Shown piece after piece: positions 39,762 through 51,000 of a DNA stretch of 64,000 nt. The DNA comes from Takakia lepidozioides (lineage: Eukaryota; Plantae; Bryophyta). Location of the stretch: NCBI GenBank assembly GCA_030704615.1, contig CM060733.1, positions 53,134,001-53,198,000 on the forward strand. Direction: 5' to 3'. The position numbers and the translations under genes are program-made. The notes below the pieces were generated by a model. The model worked only from the letters and a program-made list of their open reading frames with translations, made no database searches and had not been told where the DNA came from. The stretch's first letter is position 1. The number at the start of each line of letters is the position of its first letter.

Positions 39762-40496
39762 CCTCGAACACCCCGCGCCACAACGCTCGCACCGCTGGTC
39801 GTCGCCTCGTGCTCATGCGCCGGCCTCTCGTGACGGACGTCTAAGCCCACGTCTCCTACCGTCACGGCACGGCAGTTGCCGGGCGGCACATGGAATCATG
39901 GATGGATCAACACAGTGCGACAATCCCAGCAAACAGATAATACAAACAAAGAGGAATAATAAGAAAGGTGGCGGTGGTTGTGGTGCTTGTCGTTGCGTGC
40001 GTCGTCTCTCTTGTTCCTCATCACGCTCGCTGCTCGATCAGATCCACCCTCCTTCCTCCTGCACACAGCACTGATCTGTTTGATTCTGTGCATATATATA
40101 AAAGTATGGCATAACTTGACTTGCTGCCGGTTTCAAGTGTGTGGATCCTTGACAACTTAGGACTACTGGGGGAGTACTGGATGGTTGCGCTGTAGTTATA
40201 CTGAAACTAGACAGGACAGATTTGCACCAGACAAGATGGGTTTGAGATTGATTAAGAGTCTAGACACGTAGTGTGAATGAATGAGCGAACTGTGAAAGTG
40301 TGGGCAGGGATCAAGATTTGAATCTTGTAAGACATGCCCGGAGGAGGTTTGCAGGGGCATCCGTCTAGTGTAGTACTTCGCTGAGAAAATCGAGAGACGA
40401 CAGAGTAACGTCACATGTGCATGTAGGGCCGGTTATCTAAGCGTTTGAGATCCACAACAAGACCACAACGTGGTTTTGAAGTTCTGGGTCTAAATC

Positions 40497-41897
40497 ATGC
40501 TGAGAGTAAGGCTGGTATGGGTGTGGATCACGCTCGTGTGGATCGTGGGGATTTTACCGGGGTCGCCCATCTGGGTTGACGGGCTGTCGCCAGATGAGAC
40601 GTACAGCATGGTCAACAAGGTATGCACCGCTCAGATGCAGGTTGGGAAGCCTGATGCAGAGAGCCGACCTACATCTACCAATGTTAGCGTCGTTCATATG
40701 CGCTACTTCCATATGAGCGGCATATGGTCGCGATCAGAGAATGAAACCACAGCCAGCTCCAGTTTCTTGAGTGGCACATCTGGCCGTTTTAGTGTATTGT
40801 GGACTTTCCAAGTCAATGGTTACCTTCAAAACTGTTCGACTACCGTTTTGTTCACAGATAAGTGGAACAAAAACGCAAGCAGGCTGGTGACTAACGGTGT
40901 CTACAATCCGGACTCTGGAGATCTTTGCGCGGTAGGGTGCATCCAATCCAACTGTGAGTGGCGCTTGACTCTTCACATCAATGAGACCGATACTAATGGG
41001 GGGGCTTCATCTGAAGGCAAGCTTGAAACCTTGCGGAACTCGGAATACTATACTGAGGCGAAGTTGAGCGGAGCTACGGTGTCGCTTACATCACAGAGAA
41101 GAACCTGGAGGACAGATGTGACAGTGAAATCTGTTCTGTATGCATTAGAAGCTATGTGCATAGTATGGCAGATCTACTTCAGTATCAGAAACAAGTCAGC
41201 CTACTTCGTGTCGATGCTGATGATAGTCGTGCAAATTACCGTGGATGCCTTCACATGGGTGCGCCTTTTGTACTTCCCAATACTACACATGAACTCGCGA
41301 ATGTTCGCGTACATGATGTCCACTCTAGGGGCCATCCCCTGGCTGGTCGAGACTATTCTCATATTGTTGAATGTGCTGTTCCTGGTTGTAATATTGATCA
41401 AACGGAGGATCGCCAAACGGGACAATGTCGAAGACAGGCCCCGGGAGCTTGCTCTTGTGTGCGTGTGCATTCCCTTGTACGTAGCACTTGGCGTCCTGCT
41501 ATGGTATCTCAAGGGCTTTGGGACGTACTTAGAAGTAGTGTCGTTTTGGTTTTTGCTACCCCAAGTTATGGCCAATGTGTTCTGGGACCTGCGACAGAAG
41601 CCGTTGCATCTAGTGTACACAGTGGGGATGACGGCATGCCAGTGGACAAATCTTACATACAACTGCCTGCGTCCTCGAATCCATGGCTATGAATTTTTTG
41701 AGTTTCCTCAGAGCTGGTTTTGGGGCATCACGTGTAGCATGGTGCTTCTGTTGGTGTATGAGTCGCTCCAGCAGTCGTATGGCGGCCGCTGCTTCATTCC
41801 TAGAAAATGGTTCGGGTACGAGAAACTGGGCGGTTCGAAACACGACCAGACTGTCTCCCTGGAGATGGGTGTTGAGGAATATGCTGGCGACCATTGA
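40497..41897 (+). CDS. Intronless multi-pass membrane protein, DUF2921 family (no RING domain visible)
   Basis: 466-aa ORF with a signal peptide, GVYNPDSGDLCAVGC, about 6-7 hydrophobic helices, FLLPQV..N, LQQ.YGGRCFIP. Confidence 0.75.
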   Translation: MLRVRLVWVWITLVWIVGILPGSPIWVDGLSPDETYSMVNKVCTAQMQVGKPDAESRPTSTNVSVVHMRYFHMSGIWSRSENETTASSSFLSGTSGRFSVLWTFQVNGYLQNCSTTVLFTDKWNKNASRLVTNGVYNPDSGDLCAVGCIQSNCEWRLTLHINETDTNGGASSEGKLETLRNSEYYTEAKLSGATVSLTSQRRTWRTDVTVKSVLYALEAMCIVWQIYFSIRNKSAYFVSMLMIVVQITVDAFTWVRLLYFPILHMNSRMFAYMMSTLGAIPWLVETILILLNVLFLVVILIKRRIAKRDNVEDRPRELALVCVCIPLYVALGVLLWYLKGFGTYLEVVSFWFLLPQVMANVFWDLRQKPLHLVYTVGMTACQWTNLTYNCLRPRIHGYEFFEFPQSWFWGITCSMVLLLVYESLQQSYGGRCFIPRKWFGYEKLGGSKHDQTVSLEMGVEEYAGDH

Positions 41898-44396
41898 CAT
41901 CTACTGCGTCCTTCCTCTCTCAAGCTCACCCTCATTTCCAAAGGGATAAATAGGTCCTCACTGCCAGCGGAATTCAAGTGACATCAAACAAGTTTCCGTC
42001 AGCACATATACAGCGACAGTTGTCGAACACTGTTCTGGATCGAAAACGGAATCCTCGCATCCTCGCTTGGATAAGAATGTAGAGATAAGTTGCAGAGTCC
42101 CTCTCCACAGTGTACGAGGTCAGCAACAGGGAGTACCAAACTCTATTCTCGATCACCTCGATACATGGAATGCTGCTGTCCCACTCTTAGTTTTTCTATG
42201 AGGTGGGGGCCAGCTGCCTGGCATAGATAGACAAAACAAGGGCAGATATAGTAAACAGAGGCCAATGGGCCCACATTGTTGCAAGGGCAAATATGCTCTG
42301 AAGATTTTTATAAGTAAACTATCAAAACAAAAAGCATCTAACTGTCCAATGTACTATGGGCGACCACCACTTCTAGCACTTGTAGAAGGCAATCTGTTTA
42401 CTTATGAACGCTTGCAAAAGGCTCGACCACCACCACCGCCTTGCTCTCGCACATCTTTTTTGATCTCCCTGTGAACTTAAAAAGCTGGATTCGAATGTGT
42501 GGAGACATTGCTAAGGATCCTATCGCTTCGGGGACAGTTGGGCAATGGAAGGGATTCTGTGCAACATCCAGCCAGCCATTTGGAGTTTGAGCGGAGTGAT
42601 GTCAAGTGGAAACATGTCAAGGAGAACTCAAACTAGACTCCACCTCCACCTCGGAAGTGGCCCAGATCACCCTCCTTCGATCACCCGCAAAACTTCAGAC
42701 ATTAAAAGCAGGGTCAGCTCACAGGAGAAGATTTCCTGAGATTTCAGCAAAGACCCTCTGCGGGGTTGACCTTTTCAGTGCCTAAGATCTGCATGTGCAA
42801 GCCATGGTTGAGCAATCCAACCAACCTGATGTAAACCCCCACGAAAATTTAGCACTCAGCTGTTCTATTAGTTAATATAGCTGTGGTTCATGTCTGCAGA
42901 GCCCACTAAAGTAGGTACTAACTTAGTGAATAGGTAGTAAGTAGTAAGTTGCAGGGAAGGGGGTGGAGAGGGCTCCTCCTTTATATACCCTCTGAGGGTG
43001 GCGCCCCCACCCCACCGACCTTTCTTGGACCCCTTGCACAAGGGATGTTTCTTCAAATCCTTGTGTGGCTTAGTACATATCCTTTTTTTTAAGGACAATC
43101 CTCTAATGGACATGGCAGGCCCACACAAACTTGGGGGGCCTTATTTAGATGATTTACTAGAGAGCATGCGTTGGTGTCTCTCAAGGCCATGATTTGGGTT
43201 CTGAAGATTCAACACTGGGAGATGAAGAAGAACATGATAAGCCCTAAATGACGAGACATTTTTGCGATTTTTTAGAAAAAGCTAACATAGGAGTGGACGT
43301 ATGTTGTTGCCAAAGTTTGTCCATATGGATGAACCGTATGATGTTGTCAGTAACTATAGCATATAGGTGTTAAAAAATTCTCATGTCATTCCACCCTTGG
43401 AATGAGTAGATTATAATGTGGGAGTGACCACCCATTTCTAAGCTCATAGGAAAACTCATGAAAAAACTTGGTTTGACCACCAATTTCCTCCATATTCTAG
43501 TTATGGGTTCCCTTCAACTTCAACTTTTTCACCAATTGCTGCCTACCAAGTGGAGGACATTGTGTCCAAATTTCAGCATGTAATGACCTATTTTCATTAA
43601 TGCCCCTTTGTATGTACCTGCTTAGGGGCACCCATGAGTAATGAAACAAGACTTTTGCTTGGATGCAACGAGCAACAAAAATTTTGCATGAAAAGAAAAA
43701 TTTCAAGGGTGAGTAGATCAGTTGTGGCCATCCTAGAGTGAGCGCGGTCTGACGGAGGGGCCAGATTCCGCTCAGCACCTATAAGGGATCGCCATATTCA
43801 CATGTACATTGGGGGAGGGTATGGAGTATGGAGCCAACAATGTTCCTTGTATATACCATACTGTACACTACAGAGCATATATACGTTGTAATCGGTTTAG
43901 TTTACAATATGTCCTTATGGCTTGGTGTATTGATGGTGCTTAGTGGGCGGTCCTGTCCTGGTTAATTTTTCCAGGGCATCTAAAGGGCTTCCATCCCCTT
44001 AAGAAAAAAAAAAGAAAAAAAAAAGAAGAAGAAAGTGGGCGGCAGAAGACCTTTCAGGTTTTTGTGTCATAGAGCTTGTTGGGGTAATATCTACATCAAA
44101 AACATTATGTTTTTCTTTCAAAGGTAATTACCTCAATATTTTATTTTATTTTATTTTTCCCTCAACAATAGTATTTGAGGGAGGTCAAAATAATTGTTCG
44201 CTATATTATTTTTCAATAGTGAAGTGGTTTGGATGATAAAGTGAATAAGGTGGCTGCAAGGGGGACGAAAGGGTGACTATGGAGGAGGATGAAATAAAAA
44301 AGGGGGACAAGTTGAATGAAAATGTCAATTATTCATTGTGGGGGATGAAAAGGCCGTTAGTGATTCACTTGTCTTAACACTCATTCAACATCTCCT

Positions 44397-45801
44397 CGGG
44401 AACATCTCACCTGCGGTGTTGCTCTAGTTGAAATTTGGTCGCATATGCTTTGACCAGCGAGGTATGTAGTATGTAGGTCAAGCGCGTTATACATTGATGT
44501 TTAGAGTTCGCCATACGGTAATAGTTGGCGGGGCCAGGGGGAATGGAGGCTACACGCGCTACCGAATGACTTCAAGGATACTGAGAGTAAGCAAAAATTG
44601 GTTTCGGGTCATCCGATTTATCACAAAACCCTTTCTCTACCAGACGTTTCATATTTTTTTCTGCATATCGGAAAGTAAGCTAAGCCCACCCGATCGATGG
44701 ATTCTTCCTCATGTTGTTATCCATTTGCCTCCATATCGTCGACCAAACTTGGAGGTATATTTCAAATCACGACTAAGTAAGATAGTTATCCAAGGAAATG
44801 ATATATATATATATATATATATTTCTCGGATTATTTAGGTCCTATCTAGGTTAAGCCCAAGCTCAAGCCGCAGTTCAGTTCAATAAATCGTGTAATCAAT
44901 TCACGTATCCTTTCTGCCAGAGCTCGTGAACCAATTACTCCAATAGGAAAATCATCCACGAAACACACCTAGTTTATTCGCCGAAAATGGATGTCTTGCG
45001 GGTGGCTTAGACCGAGGTTTCGTGCTCTTTCAACCCTGACTCTATGTGTCACGCTGCGGTCGAGAAAAGCTGAAAAAAATAAAAAATTGCTACGCCCTTT
45101 TTTGTATGCTGGATTGATTGCCCTACATCGTCCTTTGTCAACAATACATTTCGATTGTAGGACAGAACCATCCAGCTCATGAGGCCCTCTGTTGTGGGGC
45201 CAAAACCTTTGGCCTTTGAATGCTTCCTCTCCCGTCCGAGGCCATGAGACTGGCTTGGAGCGCTTTTTCTTGCACTGGGTTCAAGAATCCGTTGTCTCGA
45301 ATTCTTCGCCTTGGTGATAGATTGTATCGAAGCTTTGCGAGAGCCGTCGGCCCTCTATGAGCCGGATAGTACCCAAAAAGTCATTGCGTATCTGCTTCGA
45401 GCACGTTTGTTGGGAGCAGCCCCGTCTAGATCCTTGGAAACACGGAAGGAATTGCGGCTCGTACACCATCTCCAGGATTGTACGAATCACTTCCCATACC
45501 AGTTCCCATACCAGTATATCGTTTGATTCGTGGGGTTCAGGTACAACTAGCGGTCTGAAAGAAAAAAAAATTGTTTGCTCCAAATTTTACTGAAACATTT
45601 TTGGAAAATCAATAAAAAGCCCTTTTATTGCAAAATATTTTTGCTGCGTCCTTATGGCGTTTTTTGCCCCGAAACAGAATTTTGAGTTGATCACCGAATC
45701 CCTCAGTGTTTCTGGTGCTTCGATCAAGGTGCTGCATATAATTCCCCTATAACCACTGTTCCTCCAACCCGAATTGGACGAAAGCTTAGGCGGCAATCAC
45801 C
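44397..45801 (-). other. Organellar (probably mitochondrial) group II intron fragment with decayed maturase (NUMT-like insertion)
   Basis: Minus-strand remnants in colinear order: RT2-3 (EVIRTILEMVYEPQF...IEG...FDTI), RT5 (FRRIN.V.FVDDF...GVIGSRALAERIRE), X domain (KRLVEKGFCDKSDDPKP; ANYYRMANS). Bounded by a perfect 22-bp direct repeat TAACACTCATTCAACATCTCCT at 44375-44396 and 45802-45823. Confidence 0.85.
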
Positions 45802-46616
45802 TAACACTCATTCAACATCTCCTACAATTGCCACTTATTTCGAATCTGCGTTTTCTACCATAGCCACATATGCTCCACTTAGGAGCCCATGGATGCCCCT
45901 CGCAGCACAATGCAAATAGTATAAAAGAATCGCAGGGGATGTAGCATGGAGTGAATCGTCCAGGTGTCTTGGCTCCATGCTCTCATTGGTCCACATCACG
46001 TAGTCAACACCCTCAAAACTTGAACACCACACAAAATCTACACTTTTCACACGTCCAAAATCCTCGGGGGTGCAGTAGTAATCCAAATGGCAGGGGATTT
46101 AGTGCATTCAATAGCTGACAGTGCAAGCGACTGTGTTCCAACTAAGTGAAAAAACAATGCTAGCCGACATGGGTCGCATCATCCTTTAAGGGACACACAC
46201 AGTTAAGAGCTTGAGCAGGGTTATCTGGCACAATTAGGGTACTGGTGTGCAGAATCAGGTGCAGTGACCAGGAAAGACCGCATAGAGAACACCACAGAAA
46301 CTGCAAAGAACCTCAGGTTGCGGCCGGTCCCTTATGGGTGAAGGTGCTGGATGGGCTTTTTTGGCCAGCCCAGTGGCCAAACTGAAGCGCCATTTTGGTT
46401 GGAGAGATGCCACAATTTCCACTTGTTTCAACAAGACTACACCTTCTCCAGACTTCACCTTTTCGGGTGGACATAATAGCAATTTTAGAAAGTTATATCT
46501 TGTAACTTTGGTCATGTACTTTGTCTCTGAGCACTCTACATAAAGTTGAAGATCATTTGGCACTGATGGCAACTCTCCCGTCATTCCTCAATTGGCATCC
46601 TGAGGCACAGAGAGAA

Positions 46617-47136
46617 TATACTCATAAGTGTGGCCATGGACCCGCACCCAGTTTGAGCGGAACACAAAGGGACAGAACCTACCTTTGTCAGGGCTGACGT
46701 CGGTAGTAAGACTTAAGGAATTAAACAATTGATCCGGGTTTTCCAGATATCCTCGAGAAATCCCTTCACACAAGCATCAATCTGCTGTGTGTGGTTTGCC
46801 CAATAACTAGGCCCGAAAGGGCCTGGGCTTTTGGCTCAGCCTCGAGACTTTCAAAGTTGGCAAACAGAGGTACAGGCACAATTCTCTTGATAGATTTGAG
46901 GAGAGCGTCTCTCTGGTGAGAGAACCTCGGACAGTGAATCAGAAAATGAATATTGTCTTCAGGTTGCCCACACAATGGGCAATTGCACTCTCCCTTTCCT
47001 CTCTGCTTCTGTTTGCTGTTCAAAGGTAGGCTTCCCGCCCTGAGTTGTTCAGTCTAGTGCCGAGAGTGGGTAGACCCTTGAGGTCATCCATGATGTCCTA
47101 CCCCATGTCAACAGACTGGAAACAAGTTCAGGGAAG
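46617..47136 (-). mobile_element. 3'-terminal fragment of the same LINE family
   Basis: Reverse complement of ~21843-22390 ([20 protein letters not shown]); terminus TATGAGTATA. Confidence 0.9.
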
Positions 47137-47224
47137 GCAGAGGAAGAGAGAGAGCACACCTTCAAGAGAGAGCACATTCTCTTGTTGGCTAGCATGTTTC
47201 AATATTTATCCATGTATCAAACAC

Positions 47225-47525
47225 AGGCTCTGCTGTCGAGCCACCTATCTGGGATAAGTTCCTCAGGATTTTGAAAGAATTCCAGATTTGACCCAAGTCG
47301 AGCACGGTCATTAGCGAAATTGTTCCCTGCAACCTGACAGGCCTCCACTGCAATACTTAAGGGGGCACCTGGATGGAGGTGGAAATAACTTTCATCACTG
47401 CTTTCAGCTGCAGAAGCTATCAAAGTTGAACTCTTCAACTGCAAGCTCCCGCCCGGCGATCTCCTCTTGCACTTTCCACTGCATTTCTGGATGTCTCAGC
47501 AGTGCAGCCATCACCCACTCCAAAC
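47225..47525 (-). pseudogene. Cytochrome P450 (CYP71-clan-like) fragment
   Basis: Frameshifted EWVMAALLRHPE...VQEEI...LKAVMK..FHLHPGAPL...NPEELIPDRW (I/J/K helices and PERF motif). Confidence 0.7.
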
Positions 47526-48099
47526 TCACGCACCAAAGGTGAACAGATGCACCAAGCAGCTCCTGGTCATGCACATATCAAGGAACTTGAAACGTTAAGA
47601 ATCTTCCTCATCCACACACCCAAATCCACATCGACACCACATCCCCCCCCCCCCAGGATAAACAAAGGAAGAAGAAAAGGGAAAATTCCAAATCGATAAT
47701 CAGCCCTATTCCAACCTCAGGTGCAATTTTTGTAGGATTTTCTGACTCCCTGGACAGTCAAGACGACCTCATGTAGGAGTAGACTGTACTACCATTGGGG
47801 GCTGCCTTACATCACACTGTTTAGGCAAGGTGCAAGAAGAAGAAAGTTGTCTAGGTAGAGGATGTATGCGGCCGGGATTGGAGCACCGGCTTGAATCCTT
47901 TGATGAGAGTTGTTTTCAAGCTTGTGGGGAATGAGATTGGACCCACCTCTTATAACTGCTTTGTATACGTACGGTCCGGTTTGGAGACTGATTCCGACCG
48001 TCCAATCATGCTATGTCAATCCTGCATATTTGGGGTGCCCCTGTGGAATCAAGATAACCAGGGTTATCGAGCCCTGTTCCAGGGCTTCCATCACTCTCT

Positions 48100-51000
48100 C
48101 TACTTCAAAAGAAAGAGAGGCTTGAAGTACACACACACTGCATCTCCCATTGCAGCTCCAAGGCTGGCAGAACCCAGATCCACATCCAGGTGCCCCTCAT
48201 ACAACTGTAGTAACCTTAGCAGTGTATTTGAGACCACAGGGTTCAACGGCAGCTGCTGCAGCAGCTCACTCACTTTCATGAGTCCCACTATCAACTCATG
48301 TTTATTGTTGCAATCACAAGGCCCAGCCAAGGTCCAAAGACCCAAAAGACCGCGGTACACTATTTTAAATCCATCCTGATGATTTGTCACACCCCCTACC
48401 CACTGCATTTTCTCCTGCAGGCGTACACTCAACTGTGCGCATAGCTTTGACTGCTCCAAGAATTTTCTCCTCCAAGTTTCTCCAAACACTCTGTGACTTT
48501 TTGTTTGAAGCCTTGCGTCCATGTCTGGCAAAGCACCTACGCAAGGTTGGGATATAGCAACATCAATGTCAGTCACCAGTAACTGACGTAGATGGGAGCA
48601 GCAAAGCTGCACAAAAAAGAGTTCTTCCTCATGGTGGTTGTCAATCTCCTTGTCAAACAAGCGCCTCACCAGATCCGCATCCCGAACCATCAATGATGCC
48701 ACATCCTCTGTTCCCAAGATCCACTGCGCGAGAACATCCCAGTAGTCTCTCCACTGTCCAAAACGGGCATCCAAATGCTTAAAACTAAGTTGCACTACAC
48801 GCTCCACCTGTGCTGGAACAGCAGCACTGACATGGGGATCCGCGTTACTTTCAGGAGACATGGAAAGGACATGCAGCAGGCACAGTGCTAGACTGTGACG
48901 CAACTCAGCATCTTCATCCTCGAGTAGCTTAACACTTACACACCACACCTTCAGTACCGCTGTAGCATACCATTTGACGGACTCACTCTCTAGGTCTGTA
49001 AGTTCTCCAGTGATTGGTTTTTGCCCAACTTTCTGTCCCACCCATGGGGCCTCTTCCAGCAAACCAGAGGCCACAATAGCCTCTGCTGTGGCCCGTCGAA
49101 ACTTGACAGACTCGCTAGCCCCGCTGTGCTCGCTAACAAGCATCAGCCACACATTAACTGCCTCCTTCAGATTATCCCACTGCATTACCTCTTTCACCAT
49201 CACGTTACCTTGGCCCCCAGAAGCTACAATCTCACTCCTACCAATGTTGAGAGAGTTGAACTCGGATTGATTTCTGAGATTATTATCTTTTGGATTTCCA
49301 CAAACTAGGGAGTCCCCTTCAATCAACTGGCGGAAACCTGGAAGCATCTGATGTAGGCAAGCTCCCATGCAACACATTGCCACTTCCTTAGTCTTTGTTT
49401 GCTTGGATGTCCTGTAAATGTACAGCACCCTGTCCCAAAGATCAAGTGAAGATGTATTCCATCCATCCTTTCCATCCACCATATTCACTGCCTCTGGCCG
49501 GTAAATTAAGGAGCCCTCATGAGGTGACAAGAACTCTTGGTTGCAAGAAAGTGATCTCCAAGCAAAGAACACCTGAAGAATATGACGGATACACCCTGGG
49601 TGCATTTCAACACTCAACCGTTCTATCAGAAAGGGCTGCAAAAAGCTGCTGTCCCAGCCTGCACCCGTCGAAATGGGACGTGTCAAGCCCCCTGAGAACC
49701 GTTTCAACACCTTCAACGTGGCCAGACGTACTTCATACATTCTGTCTGAAAGTGCTCTCTTTATCATGCAGCTAAGCTTATCCAAGCCCATATTCCCCTC
49801 GGTACCAACAGTTTCTGTTTCTGCAGTGGATTTAGCAGCACAATGCTCCAGCTTCTTGATGTCCACTGTCCTTAAACTGCTATTCCAGGCTAGGTCTTCA
49901 GCCTTGCTGTGGAGAGGCCAGAGGGTGAAGGCTGTGCCAAAATACAGCTTTGCAGCTCTTTCCCGCAAATTAACTTCCAATGAGACATGCCAGCTTTCAG
50001 CATCTTCTGTCACATCCTCCAAACACTCTGAACACAGCTGTAACAGATGTGCCTGAAGACTCATGATCAAACCTTCCTGATTCCTCAGAACTTGGTGACA
50101 ACCCTGTGCAACCTCTAGCATCCCTTCAAGCATGTCAAAGAATGCGCCAATTACCATGTAGCAGTGACAATGCCTAGTAGACCCAAGCCACAGGCAACTC
50201 TCAATTACAGATAACAGCTTGGTCACAATGCTTCGCCTCAAGTCCACATCTGGAAGGGTTGCACAATTAGCTCTCAAAAGTACTGATACCTGAAGCAACA
50301 CTCCATGCACTGCATTGAAGGACCACACCTCACCCTTAGGACCAGTGTGATTGTTGGTCTTTGCTCTTGCTAGGCTATCATCCCCCATCAGCACTTCTAA
50401 GCCTCGTAGACTCTGGGCAAGCTCCATCAAGGCAGTGGGCAAGTCTTCAGAAGACACAAGGGGTGGCAGGGCATGTGATGCAAGTACACGCACATGGAGG
50501 TTGCGCTGAGTGGCACAAGAAGTGACGTATGGTCGGAAAGCCGCAGCACTAAGCCAATCCCCCACCCCTGAACTAATAATTGAAGGCTTCAGACGTGACA
50601 AAATGATCAACACGGGACCCAAACTTGGATGCAGTGTGTTTGCCATTCCATGGCCCTCATATCCAATGCTGCCTGCCATATGCTCTAACTGTAATGTTGC
50701 TGAGCGAAGCTCTTGAAGAAGAAACGGGTGCAATGTTGGAAACCTGCACCCCACACTTAGCAGGTTAGTTTTACAACCGACGAAGCTCCTAGGATCCGTA
50801 AAAACCGAGGCATCTTGAGCAAGGTCACTTGTCCCAATTCACATGTGTTATGATGCTCCTTATGGTGTTCCATATTTCAGGAGGCATGAGGGCCCCACTG
50901 TCAAAATCTCATCCAAGCTGCCTTGTTCAATGAGCACATGCAGTATATATCTGCATGCCTGTTAACAACACCCTAAACCACTTGAAGTATCATTCACCTA

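Noticed and set aside
39218-39844. 208-aa plus-strand ORF
   Set aside because: Antisense to CysK exons 1-2; no recognisable motifs.
42240-43800. Possible solo LTR or retroelement remnant
   Set aside because: No TG...CA/TSD pair or protein motif could be established.
44397-45801. Functional nuclear maturase gene (nMAT) or active group II intron
   Set aside because: Multiple stops and frameshifts, no intact YADD, and no domain V/VI or intron ends visible.
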